20,000 nt of DNA from an uncultured virus (IMG/VR IMGVR_UViG_3300025769_000086) (taxonomy: Duplodnaviria; Heunggongvirae; Uroviricota; Caudoviricetes): the IMG/VR virus record IMGVR_UViG_3300025769_000086; one strand, written 5' to 3'. Of this stretch, positions 1 to 7,220 are shown piece by piece (position 1 is the first letter of the stretch; each line of letters starts with the position of its first letter). The notes under the pieces were generated by a model. The model was not told where the DNA came from and ran no database searches. It was given only the letters and a program-made list of their open reading frames with translations. A program made the position numbers and the translations under genes.

Positions 1-256
1 TTCTTTCATTTTTTTCACTCTCTTCTTTTCCTTTTATAATCGCTTCTTGTAGTTGCGGAAGAAGCATCTCCGCTTGTTCTAGTGTAAGCCTTACACCATG
101 TCTTGTATGTTGGGATTCACCAACGGGTCTTTGGACATTCATGATTCTCAAGTCTATCCATTGTTTATTGTAATATTCAATTTGGCTTAGGACAACATGA
201 CCTTTACCGTTTTTCCATTTACCTTCAAATGATACATCTCTCCAAATTTCAGTCAT
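1..256 (-). CDS. PC4/p15-like ssDNA-binding protein (runs off the window edge)
   Basis: Not in the ORF track. Manual translation from ATG at 256 gives MTEIWRDVSF...HVVLSQIEYYNKQWIDLRIMN...HTRHGVRLTLEQAEMLLPQLQEAI..., open to position 1. The pattern V-x-S-x-x-EY...IDLR...T-x-x-GV-x-L-x-x-EQ matches the PC4/YdbC family. Confidence 0.7.
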   Translation of the reverse strand, partial: MTEIWRDVSFEGKWKNGKGHVVLSQIEYYNKQWIDLRIMNVQRPVGESQHTRHGVRLTLEQAEMLLPQLQEAIIKGKEESEKNER

Positions 257-961
257 TCATTCTTCCTCCTCGTTTGGGTCTATAACTTTACAATAAGTAC
301 CGTACAACCAAAGAGGAATCTTCTCTTTAGTAACAGGGTCAACACTACCTATCAGTAAACCTTGTTCACCTGCATCAGCCATTTCCATCATTTCTCTACG
401 TGTAAGTGCTTGAATGATGTCTCCTTCTCTGTTCATGTACCTCATAAACGCTCTATCATCAGTTAGTAAATGATAATCATCAGGGTCAATCTCTACATGT
501 TCACCAGTATTTGGATTCAATAACCTGTAAGCCCATATCTCTATCTCTTGTGTATCTCCACCTTCTAGTAAAACATCTTCCATTTTTATAAATTCAGGGA
601 ATGTATTGTAGGGATTCATGTCAATTAGTTTTGTACCATCTTTATCAGCCCAACTTTTAGCAATCTGTTTCTTTTCTTCAACTTCCATACGTTGTGCTTC
701 TTCTAAAGTCGCCGGTGGTTCTTTCCATTCTGTATTCTTTTCATCAAGAGAATACCCTAAATCAAACATAACAGTTCGTATTCCATGCAACGTTTCAATG
801 CAAGCAGGATGTTGTATTGCTTTCTGTAAAGTCCACTCTTTAGTATCTGTTTTCAAGAAAATTAATCCTGTTCCATCAGGACTCCACACACCACCTAAAG
901 GGGAATGTGCAAAATGTTCTTTCGCCCAATCAACAACTCTAGGGTCTGTCCAATTACTCAT
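257..961 (-). CDS. Hypothetical protein, 234 aa
   Basis: Long ORF with GGAGGGG RBS, abutting both neighbours; no recognised motif. Confidence 0.8.
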   Translation of the reverse strand: MSNWTDPRVVDWAKEHFAHSPLGGVWSPDGTGLIFLKTDTKEWTLQKAIQHPACIETLHGIRTVMFDLGYSLDEKNTEWKEPPATLEEAQRMEVEEKKQIAKSWADKDGTKLIDMNPYNTFPEFIKMEDVLLEGGDTQEIEIWAYRLLNPNTGEHVEIDPDDYHLLTDDRAFMRYMNREGDIIQALTRREMMEMADAGEQGLLIGSVDPVTKEKIPLWLYGTYCKVIDPNEEEE

Positions 962-1255
962 CTAGTTCCCCTCCTTCATTTTCATCTTCATATATTCAGC
1001 CCTTTCATTCATTTCAGTAATATACTTTTCATTCATTTCAGTAATATACATATCAATTACACCTGAATTGCTTCTTTCCCATTCTTCCATTTGCTCATAA
1101 TCTATCTCATAAATTTCAGATATTACGTCTTTGTATATTTCACGTATGTCGTTTTTTAAATCTTCTACTTGGTACTCCAAACTTTCTTTTTCTTCTATCA
1201 TATTATTCATAATTAATGTTTTTTCATCTATCAATTTTTTTACTTTTTCGTTCAT
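962..1255 (-). CDS. Hypothetical acidic coiled-coil protein, 97 aa
   Basis: ORF with GAGGAGG RBS; contains the tandem repeat YITEMNE(K/R). Confidence 0.7.
   Translation of the reverse strand: MNEKVKKLIDEKTLIMNNMIEEKESLEYQVEDLKNDIREIYKDVISEIYEIDYEQMEEWERSNSGVIDMYITEMNEKYITEMNERAEYMKMKMKEGN
1003..1049. repeat. 23-nt direct repeat with 24-nt period (in-frame tandem duplication)
   Basis: tttcattcatttcagtaatatac occurs at 1003-1025 and 1027-1049. Confidence 0.9.
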
Positions 1256-1450
1256 TTAACAAACCTCCTCAAATGGTGGATATTCATTTTTCCACAAATG
1301 CCAATCAACAGATTCATTCAATTTTTCCTTTTTAATAGAATAAGTGTACATATCACCACTAATTAAAGTAATTGATATGTGTACTTCTCCATCTATTTGT
1401 TCGCTTTCTATATATTTTATTTCTATTTCTTTTTCTTTTATTTTATTCAT
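1256..1450 (-). CDS. Hypothetical protein, 64 aa
   Basis: ORF preceded by AAAAGAGGTAATAAAATG, nearly the same leader as the gene starting at 6009. Confidence 0.65.
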   Translation of the reverse strand: MNKIKEKEIEIKYIESEQIDGEVHISITLISGDMYTYSIKKEKLNESVDWHLWKNEYPPFEEVC

Positions 1451-1487
1451 TTTATTACCTCTTTTGTTCTTCTTCCGAAATCATGTC

Positions 1488-1500
1488 GCTTTATATACCT
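1488..1500 (-). promoter_or_regulatory. Degenerate copy of the TATA-like promoter element (AGGTATATAAAGC)
   Basis: Lies in one of the few intergenic gaps and shares the GTATATAAAG core with the copies at 6041, 12177 and 19083. Confidence 0.5.
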
Positions 1501-1798
1501 ATTCTTTCTCCTCATGTAAAGTGTATACTTTGCAACCTTTACATGCTGTAATCATGCCGATATCGGTTAACATGATTGCACTTCCTTTCACCAACTCGTT
1601 ACAAGTTGGGCATTCTATATCTGATTCTGCCATTGCTAACACACCAAATATTCTTTCTTTTCCTCTAAATTTACCTTTAAATGTACTATTAGGAATATCT
1701 ATTTTTACTTCATCGTCATAATCTGCTAAACCATCAGAAGCAGTTATGTCATCTACTGTCATTTCATCTTTACCAGCCATCATTTCACCTTTACCCAA
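1499..1798 (-). CDS. Small zinc-finger-like protein (start more likely 1783)
   Basis: CPTC...CKGC pairs; ATG at 1783 overlaps the upstream stop as ATGA. Confidence 0.65.
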   Translation of the reverse strand: MGKGEMMAGKDEMTVDDITASDGLADYDDEVKIDIPNSTFKGKFRGKERIFGVLAMAESDIECPTCNELVKGSAIMLTDIGMITACKGCKVYTLHEEKE

Positions 1799-2049
1799 AC
1801 ATCAACATTAGCCTTTCTATTAATACCATATCTTGAACTATGTAATTTTATTGTATCGTCTACTCTAAAACCGCTATGTCTTTTTAATATGTGACTAATT
1901 TTAAATTTATTAATTGAATGATTGCTAAGTCTTAACAACTTCCCACTCTTCAATGTTGCACCTTCAAAAATTTCTAACACTGTACACGGTGTATGTTTTT
2001 CAGCATACTTTATGATTGCTTCTTCAGCCCTAACACAAGTTTTCTTCAT
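1780..2049 (-). CDS. Basic hypothetical protein, possibly winged-helix DNA-binding
   Basis: Coupled ORF, K/R-rich; AEEAIIKYAEKHTPCTVLEIFE loosely resembles wHTH helices 1-2. Confidence 0.55.
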   Translation of the reverse strand: MKKTCVRAEEAIIKYAEKHTPCTVLEIFEGATLKSGKLLRLSNHSINKFKISHILKRHSGFRVDDTIKLHSSRYGINRKANVDVWVKVK

Positions 2050-2612
2050 TTTTCTTCCCTCTTTTTATTTTTATTTGTTCTTTTTAGTGGTTTTTGTTTT
2101 TTACCAAGTGCGATATATGCTCTATCTAAGTCTTTTTCTAAAACAGAAATCCTATCATTCAATTTTACAATATAACCCATTATTTTATCTTCTTTGTTTA
2201 TTGGATTTACTTTTTCTTTTTCAAACAAAACATCTATTCGTTTTTCGATTATTTCTTTCATTGCTTGATGTTTTTTCATAGTGTATCCTTCCATATCTGC
2301 ATTAGTTATATCAGCAACTATATCATGAAGCATATTGATTCTTTTGTTAGTCTCTATTTGAGAATTTGTAATTTTATCATTAAGTTCTTTTCTAGTTAAT
2401 GCTCTACTATTCATTTCAGACAAAACATATTCTCTCATTTCTTCTTGAATTTGAACTTTAGAAAAGGTATTAGTTGACCTTGGTTTATTGCCTGACATTG
2501 TTTCATGTTCGTCACAATATATTCTCCAACTTCTAATACTACTTGTTGTAAACGGTTTTCCACATCTACCATCTTCTACGGGATGCATGCAATACTTTAT
2601 TGATTTCGTCAT
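2046..2612 (-). CDS. Hypothetical protein with N-terminal Cys/His cluster and coiled coil
   Basis: YCMH...RCGKPF...YCDEH followed by heptad-like helices; ATGA coupling. Confidence 0.7.
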   Translation of the reverse strand: MTKSIKYCMHPVEDGRCGKPFTTSSIRSWRIYCDEHETMSGNKPRSTNTFSKVQIQEEMREYVLSEMNSRALTRKELNDKITNSQIETNKRINMLHDIVADITNADMEGYTMKKHQAMKEIIEKRIDVLFEKEKVNPINKEDKIMGYIVKLNDRISVLEKDLDRAYIALGKKQKPLKRTNKNKKREEK

Positions 2613-2749
2613 GTTCTATCCCTCAAACGACTATCATCTTCGTGCTGAATCTCTACTGTGTCGTACTCATCTATATCTTCTAGGGGAATCCATGTTTTCC
2701 TTTCACCTGTTACTTTATGTTTCCATTGATGTGTTTGTTTTCGCCTCAT
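2609..2749 (-). CDS. Small hypothetical protein, 46 aa
   Basis: Manual translation MRRKQTHQWKHKVTGERKTWIPLEDIDEYD...RDRT*; fills the gap exactly with ATGA overlaps at both ends. Confidence 0.6.
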   Translation of the reverse strand: MRRKQTHQWKHKVTGERKTWIPLEDIDEYDTVEIQHEDDSRLRDRT

Positions 2750-3267
2750 GCAAACCACGCTCCATATCCTATATTGTTTTCACCGAAGTCTAAATTTTCC
2801 ATGACGCTCGGAGGCAAACTCTCATACGCAGGTGGTAGTGTTAACACATCTTCCATATCCCACATTTCTGCTAAAGCACCATCATATGCTACACGTAATA
2901 GATGTGGCATTGATTTACCATTTTGAAGTAGAGGCATCACACCTCTATTGATGATATACATTCTAGCAGGTTCAGAATACATTGTGAAATCAAAAGCAGT
3001 CATGAAAGACAATGGTACATTCCATGCTTCTGCTAGTTCTTCACACAACAACAACCGAGTCATGCCATCTTCAATAGATAAGGCTGAATGAACTTCTAGC
3101 CATCCAGTGTGTGTAGTGCCAGTATCTTCTACTTTAGATACAACCTTAGTATACAATCTACGTCTAGCCTCAATATGGTCTGCTACCACAGGTGGTATCA
3201 AAAACTGCTTACCCAATCTCTCATCAAGTTCACGCAAAGTTCCTTGTATTTGATTAAATAATATCAT
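2746..3267 (-). CDS. Hypothetical protein, 173 aa
   Basis: ORF starting in a GAGGTGACAGTATG junction. Confidence 0.75.
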   Translation of the reverse strand: MILFNQIQGTLRELDERLGKQFLIPPVVADHIEARRRLYTKVVSKVEDTGTTHTGWLEVHSALSIEDGMTRLLLCEELAEAWNVPLSFMTAFDFTMYSEPARMYIINRGVMPLLQNGKSMPHLLRVAYDGALAEMWDMEDVLTLPPAYESLPPSVMENLDFGENNIGYGAWFA

Positions 3268-3410
3268 ACTGTCACCTCTTTACTACAACAAGTACACCTT
3301 AATTTACCATCACGGTCAAGCACCAGTTGCATTTCAACAGGACCATCTATATCCCACTTGGTAATGCAATCAGGATTATCTCTTGCGAACCAATCTAAAT
3401 CGAAGTTCAT
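3264..3410 (-). CDS. Small hypothetical protein, 48 aa
   Basis: Manual translation MNFDLDWFARDNPDC...LRCTCCSKEVTV*; bounded on both sides by the identical 15-nt junction. Confidence 0.65.
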   Translation of the reverse strand: MNFDLDWFARDNPDCITKWDIDGPVEMQLVLDRDGKLRCTCCSKEVTV

Positions 3411-3670
3411 ACTGTCACCTCCAAATGTGGTAATAACTTTTTCATTTCCGCAGTGAACTCTTCAACATAATCTCCACCCCAATAGTAATCACAATGTTTC
3501 AAAAGTCGTATGGTATCTTTTAGAAGTTTAGGGTTAGCCTTGCCACCCGTATCAACGGAAAATATAAACTCATCGTGTACTATGTTTGCCATTCTCTTAG
3601 GTGTACCATTGTAGGCCGTTAGTTGTAATAACATGAACTTCATTTCTTTTGACAATCTTATCTCGTTCAT
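3407..3670 (-). CDS. Hypothetical protein, 87 aa (start reassigned from 3691)
   Basis: ATG at 3670 follows GGGGGTGACAGC and overlaps the upstream stop; the protein ends EVTV*. Confidence 0.7.
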   Translation of the reverse strand: MNEIRLSKEMKFMLLQLTAYNGTPKRMANIVHDEFIFSVDTGGKANPKLLKDTIRLLKHCDYYWGGDYVEEFTAEMKKLLPHLEVTV

Positions 3671-4176
3671 GCTGTCACCCCCATCCACCAATCAGGCGGG
3701 CTTGTGTGTCTGTAATGCACACCACCTTTACTGTGTATTTTGCTGTGATAATAGGCACGATAGGCTTTGACTGCATCATCATCTTTGTACTCATCAGGCA
3801 TAGCCTGAGCGAACGGTGTGAGAGTAGCGTCAGGGATTATCTTCTGTATACCTATCATGTGATAGATAGCGTCAGTACATCTATGCATCTTGTTGAAGCG
3901 TTTGTAGTATTCCTCACATAACTGCATAGCATGATGAGCAAGCCACATCCAATTCTCTTGACTATCTCCTGCCCAAACTGTGCATGGGTGATGCTTGTAG
4001 CCACCCTTGTAGGGCGTGCCACTCTTAGTCAGTGGCATCTGCTTATCGGTAGCACCCCATCTGCGTAGGGCTGATGCCATCATCTGTGCTGACTCAACAA
4101 TCATCTTCGGCACTCGCACACAATCTATCGCTTGTGCTGCTTTTACAGGGTCATTATCTAATACAAATATATTCAT
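3667..4176 (-). CDS. Pyrimidine-dimer DNA glycosylase / endonuclease V family protein
   Basis: MNIFVLD..P..AAQ...KMIVESAQM...YK...HHPCTVW...NW.WL...TPFAQAMPDEYK..DAVKAYRAYY is the motif series of the phage Pyr_excise (DenV-related) family. Confidence 0.8.
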   Translation of the reverse strand: MNIFVLDNDPVKAAQAIDCVRVPKMIVESAQMMASALRRWGATDKQMPLTKSGTPYKGGYKHHPCTVWAGDSQENWMWLAHHAMQLCEEYYKRFNKMHRCTDAIYHMIGIQKIIPDATLTPFAQAMPDEYKDDDAVKAYRAYYHSKIHSKGGVHYRHTSPPDWWMGVTA

Positions 4177-4343
4177 TCTACTACCTCCTTCAAATATCCT
4201 ACAAACAATTGTTTACCTTTGTCAATATCATTGTACTCCATGTGTACTAAGCACATATCTTCATCAGCCCAATTCCATTCCAACAAAGTCCAGCCTGTAT
4301 CTTTTCTCCATATACTTCCTAATTTCATTTTCTCATTACTCAT
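4173..4343 (-). CDS. Small hypothetical protein, 56 aa
   Basis: Manual translation MSNEKMKLGSIWRKDTGW...YLKEVVE*; GAGGTGA RBS and coupled to the next gene. Confidence 0.6.
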   Translation of the reverse strand: MSNEKMKLGSIWRKDTGWTLLEWNWADEDMCLVHMEYNDIDKGKQLFVGYLKEVVE

Positions 4344-4344
4344 T

Positions 4345-4509
4345 CTAAATCACCTCTCTCACACTACACCCATCTCTAGGTGGGCTTCTACGCCGCCCAC
4401 CACTCATATGTCCACCGCACTTACTACATCTCCACATTGAACCATCCACATGTCTACCACCTCTTAGGTATCGAATGTTATCACCCCTTCTCCAGTCACA
4501 CTTACTCAT
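4345..4509 (-). CDS. Small Arg/Gly/Cys-rich protein, 54 aa
   Basis: Manual translation MSKCDWRRGD...WRCSKCGGHMSGGRRRSPPRDGCSVREVI*; starts in the 15-nt junction. Confidence 0.6.
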   Translation of the reverse strand: MSKCDWRRGDNIRYLRGGRHVDGSMWRCSKCGGHMSGGRRRSPPRDGCSVREVI

Positions 4510-4748
4510 ACTGTCACCTCTTTCATCGCCATCTCATTAATTATTTCATCTCTAATTTTTTCAAAACTTGGTGGGAGAAGGTCTCCAAAATCAGATGTAG
4601 TCAAATACATAAAATGAACCAATTTTTTTATTTGTTTTTTCGATAAATTATCAACCTCAAAAGCATCTACGCCACTAAATAAACTATCCATTTCAATACA
4701 TCTTCTTATTACCATTTTTAATCTTCTTCGTTCTCTTTGTGTTACCAT
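4506..4748 (-). CDS. Hypothetical protein, 80 aa
   Basis: AGGTGA RBS; ends EVTV*. Confidence 0.65.
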   Translation of the reverse strand: MVTQRERRRLKMVIRRCIEMDSLFSGVDAFEVDNLSKKQIKKLVHFMYLTTSDFGDLLPPSFEKIRDEIINEMAMKEVTV

Positions 4749-4952
4749 TTATAAATCACCTAATTGTATATTTAATTCCTCAACAACATCAGCCCAATTC
4801 TCACTTGCCCAACCACATGGTTCTTGTATTCCAAAACTACCTATTGTATCACACGCCGCCATCACATAATATTGTGCCTTTTCACATATTTCTATGGCTC
4901 TTTCTATCGCTTCTGCTTGTCTTACTTTTCTTTTTAATTCTTCACTAATCAT
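4749..4952 (-). CDS. Hypothetical protein, 67 aa
   Basis: GGAGGA RBS and TAATG coupling. Confidence 0.65.
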   Translation of the reverse strand: MISEELKRKVRQAEAIERAIEICEKAQYYVMAACDTIGSFGIQEPCGWASENWADVVEELNIQLGDL

Positions 4953-5125
4953 TACTCTTCCTCCGCAAAAATACCTGTTGCTTTTTCATAAGCAGTGTAG
5001 ATGTCGTCATCGGGATAGAGATGTCTATGCGTTTCTTCTAACCACACAAGATATGCAAGGTCTTCTGCATATTTTCTCTCCATTGACTCAAGTACATTTC
5101 TTAGTCTTTGTAAGTCCGATGGCAT
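4952..5125 (-). CDS. Small hypothetical protein, 57 aa
   Basis: Manual translation MPSDLQRLRNVLESMERKY...GIFAEEE*; fills the gap exactly, GGAGGA RBS. Confidence 0.65.
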   Translation of the reverse strand: MPSDLQRLRNVLESMERKYAEDLAYLVWLEETHRHLYPDDDIYTAYEKATGIFAEEE

Positions 5126-5596
5126 TCACTCTTCCTCCTTGCGTACTGCTAATACAATACTTTTGATGTCACTTATTATTGATGAAACATCTTCAATAGA
5201 TACGAAATTACCGTACACTTGAGCCGCTAAGTCTGACATATCTATGTGTTTTGTTAATTCTTCATGGTCAATGAACTCTTCAAGTTGTGATACATCTATG
5301 TCTATGTCTACATTTTCTGCCACCGCATCATAGTCAATATATTGACCAAGGGTCTCATATTCTATCTTGTCTGCTAAAGTATAGTAATCAATTTCTAAGT
5401 GGTCAGCAATCTCACTCTCATTCATTTCACCAGCAATATCAGCAGGGTCAATACACATTGCTTCTGCTAATTTTTCATAATCAATATCTATATCATGTGC
5501 TACTTCGTAAAGCGTATCTTCAAATTTATTAATCAGTTCACTCATCTTCTTCATCATTCTTTCATCTATCTTTTTGTTTAACCATTTCATTATCAT
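5126..5596 (-). CDS. Acidic protein with ~9-aa tandem repeats (I-D-Y-x-x-L-A)
   Basis: 41 of 156 residues are D/E; repeats include IDYEKLA, IDPADIA, IDYYTLA, IEYETLG, IDYDAVA, IDHEELT and IDMSDLA. Confidence 0.75.
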   Translation of the reverse strand: MIMKWLNKKIDERMMKKMSELINKFEDTLYEVAHDIDIDYEKLAEAMCIDPADIAGEMNESEIADHLEIDYYTLADKIEYETLGQYIDYDAVAENVDIDIDVSQLEEFIDHEELTKHIDMSDLAAQVYGNFVSIEDVSSIISDIKSIVLAVRKEEE

Positions 5597-6009
5597 TCTT
5601 CTTCATCTCCATTCATTGGTACATATCGTGGACCAACTACATCAATTACCATTTCCGCTTCTGTTGCAAACTCCAATAACTGTTGTACTGGTTGGTCTAG
5701 TGGTTGTAAGTCAAGCATAGCACCTTCAGGATGATTTGCTTCACTACCTTTAATGAATATCTGATATGAACCATCTGCATACCTAAGTACATCAAATGGT
5801 ATGTACATCAATTCACCTGAAGCAGCCGACTTAAGTATCGCTGGCTGTTCTCTTAACCACATAGAAACATCGTCAGCAGTACGCATCTTCAAAGCGATAC
5901 CATACTTTCGACCACGTTTTACGGTACTACTCACACCTTGTATGTGTAGCCTACCTATGTCGTAGTTACATTTTATCTGCATTCTTTCTTCTTCTTGTTC
6001 ATTCATCAT
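5593..6009 (-). CDS. Hypothetical protein, 138 aa
   Basis: First gene after the promoter element at 6041; GAGGT RBS. Confidence 0.75.
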   Translation of the reverse strand: MMNEQEEERMQIKCNYDIGRLHIQGVSSTVKRGRKYGIALKMRTADDVSMWLREQPAILKSAASGELMYIPFDVLRYADGSYQIFIKGSEANHPEGAMLDLQPLDQPVQQLLEFATEAEMVIDVVGPRYVPMNGDEEE

Positions 6010-6040
6010 TTTTATTACCTCTTTTATTTTCTTTTATTAT

Positions 6041-6058
6041 TAGACCTTTATATACTAA
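6041..6058 (-). promoter_or_regulatory. Conserved TATA-like promoter element TTAGTATATAAAGGTCTA
   Basis: Identical 18-mer at 6041, 12177 and 19083, always intergenic and just upstream of a minus-strand gene. Confidence 0.75.
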
Positions 6059-6059
6059 A

Positions 6060-7220
6060 TTACCAATCATTTAACTTCCTCTCTATTTTTTTTGTTTCCT
6101 TTCTACGTTCAATCACAACTTCAGTTGAGTATATACCATCATCTTCTATACTCACAAATGCAAGTGGTCTAATCCTATTAGTTATCTCACATTTGAATCG
6201 TCTGTCTTGCCATCTCATACCACCTTTTTCTATTCGTAACTGTTTAGGTTTTTCTTTCTCTATGATGTACATTTTACTGACACCATTGTGCATTTCAATT
6301 GGATGAAACATATCACCTGTTGCTTCACATTTTTCTGCGAACTCATCGTAGTTCTTATCATCCAAACTCATTTCACCTATCTCATGCATCACATCTATGT
6401 TACCGCATACACTACAAGGCAACTTAGCATCTGATACCTTATTAGTTCTGAATTCGTAGTGACCACAAACATCACACCAGTATAAGGCATAACCTTTGAT
6501 ATGAGTGTTAGGTATTGTCTTAGGTTTACCTTTGTCGCTAGTAAAATAATTCTTACCTACTTGTTTTTTCTTCTTACTTTTACTACCCACACTCTCTATC
6601 TCAATTTCATCAGCATCGAAAGAATCTACTTTTATGTTATCCCAATTAAATGATGTACCACTTGATAATGTTTCTACCTTATTTTCCCCAAATGGTATTT
6701 GACACACTGTTGATATGTACTCTTGTTGTGATTTGGCTTCTACTGCATGCGTACAATAACTGTTTCTTACCCATTGTATCAACTCACCTGCATCTTTCCA
6801 TGTTTGATTCTTCTTCTCAATCATAAGGTGTGCAAAGATAGCCAACTGTACACCAGTGCGACCATGACCACCCATGCATTGACAAGAGATAGATTTGATA
6901 CCTTTAGCCTTTACATCAGCAACAAGTGATACCCAAAACTCTCTACCTACGTTGCTAGGTATATCAAAATCAGGCCACTCTAACTCAATAATGTGTGGAG
7001 CATTCAACGATTGTACATGGTTGACACAAGTGAAACCATCAGGTATATTGTCAAAACTACGTGCAACACGGATGACACCTTGTGGACCAATTGCTAAGTC
7101 GGGTAGTGGTTTCATTTTCATCCAACCACCGTTACGTGTATTACCACCAGCATATACTCTTACACCATCAGTCGTTTCAAACACTAAAGGATTACCTGTA
7201 TGACAATTCATTTTATTCAT
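6060..7220 (-). CDS. Cys-based (PTP/dual-specificity) phosphatase with C-terminal zinc-ribbon extension
   Basis: CX5R loop CMGGHGRTG (C115-R121), WPDF acid loop, and AVEAKSQQEYI Q-loop-like segment; later CDVC...CSVC. Confidence 0.85.
   Translation of the reverse strand: MNKMNCHTGNPLVFETTDGVRVYAGGNTRNGGWMKMKPLPDLAIGPQGVIRVARSFDNIPDGFTCVNHVQSLNAPHIIELEWPDFDIPSNVGREFWVSLVADVKAKGIKSISCQCMGGHGRTGVQLAIFAHLMIEKKNQTWKDAGELIQWVRNSYCTHAVEAKSQQEYISTVCQIPFGENKVETLSSGTSFNWDNIKVDSFDADEIEIESVGSKSKKKKQVGKNYFTSDKGKPKTIPNTHIKGYALYWCDVCGHYEFRTNKVSDAKLPCSVCGNIDVMHEIGEMSLDDKNYDEFAEKCEATGDMFHPIEMHNGVSKMYIIEKEKPKQLRIEKGGMRWQDRRFKCEITNRIRPLAFVSIEDDGIYSTEVVIERRKETKKIERKLNDW

Larger units (their letters stand above)
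3264..4520 (-). repeat. Dispersed 15-nt gene-junction repeat GAGGTGACAGTATGA (4 copies)
   Basis: tcatactgtcacctc at 3264-3278, 3407-3421 and 4506-4520; variant tcatgctgtcacccc at 3667-3681. Confidence 0.85.

Noticed and set aside
3264..4520. Integron attC sites at the gene junctions
   Set aside because: The junctions are 15-nt non-palindromic direct repeats overlapping coding sequence; no integrase is in the window.
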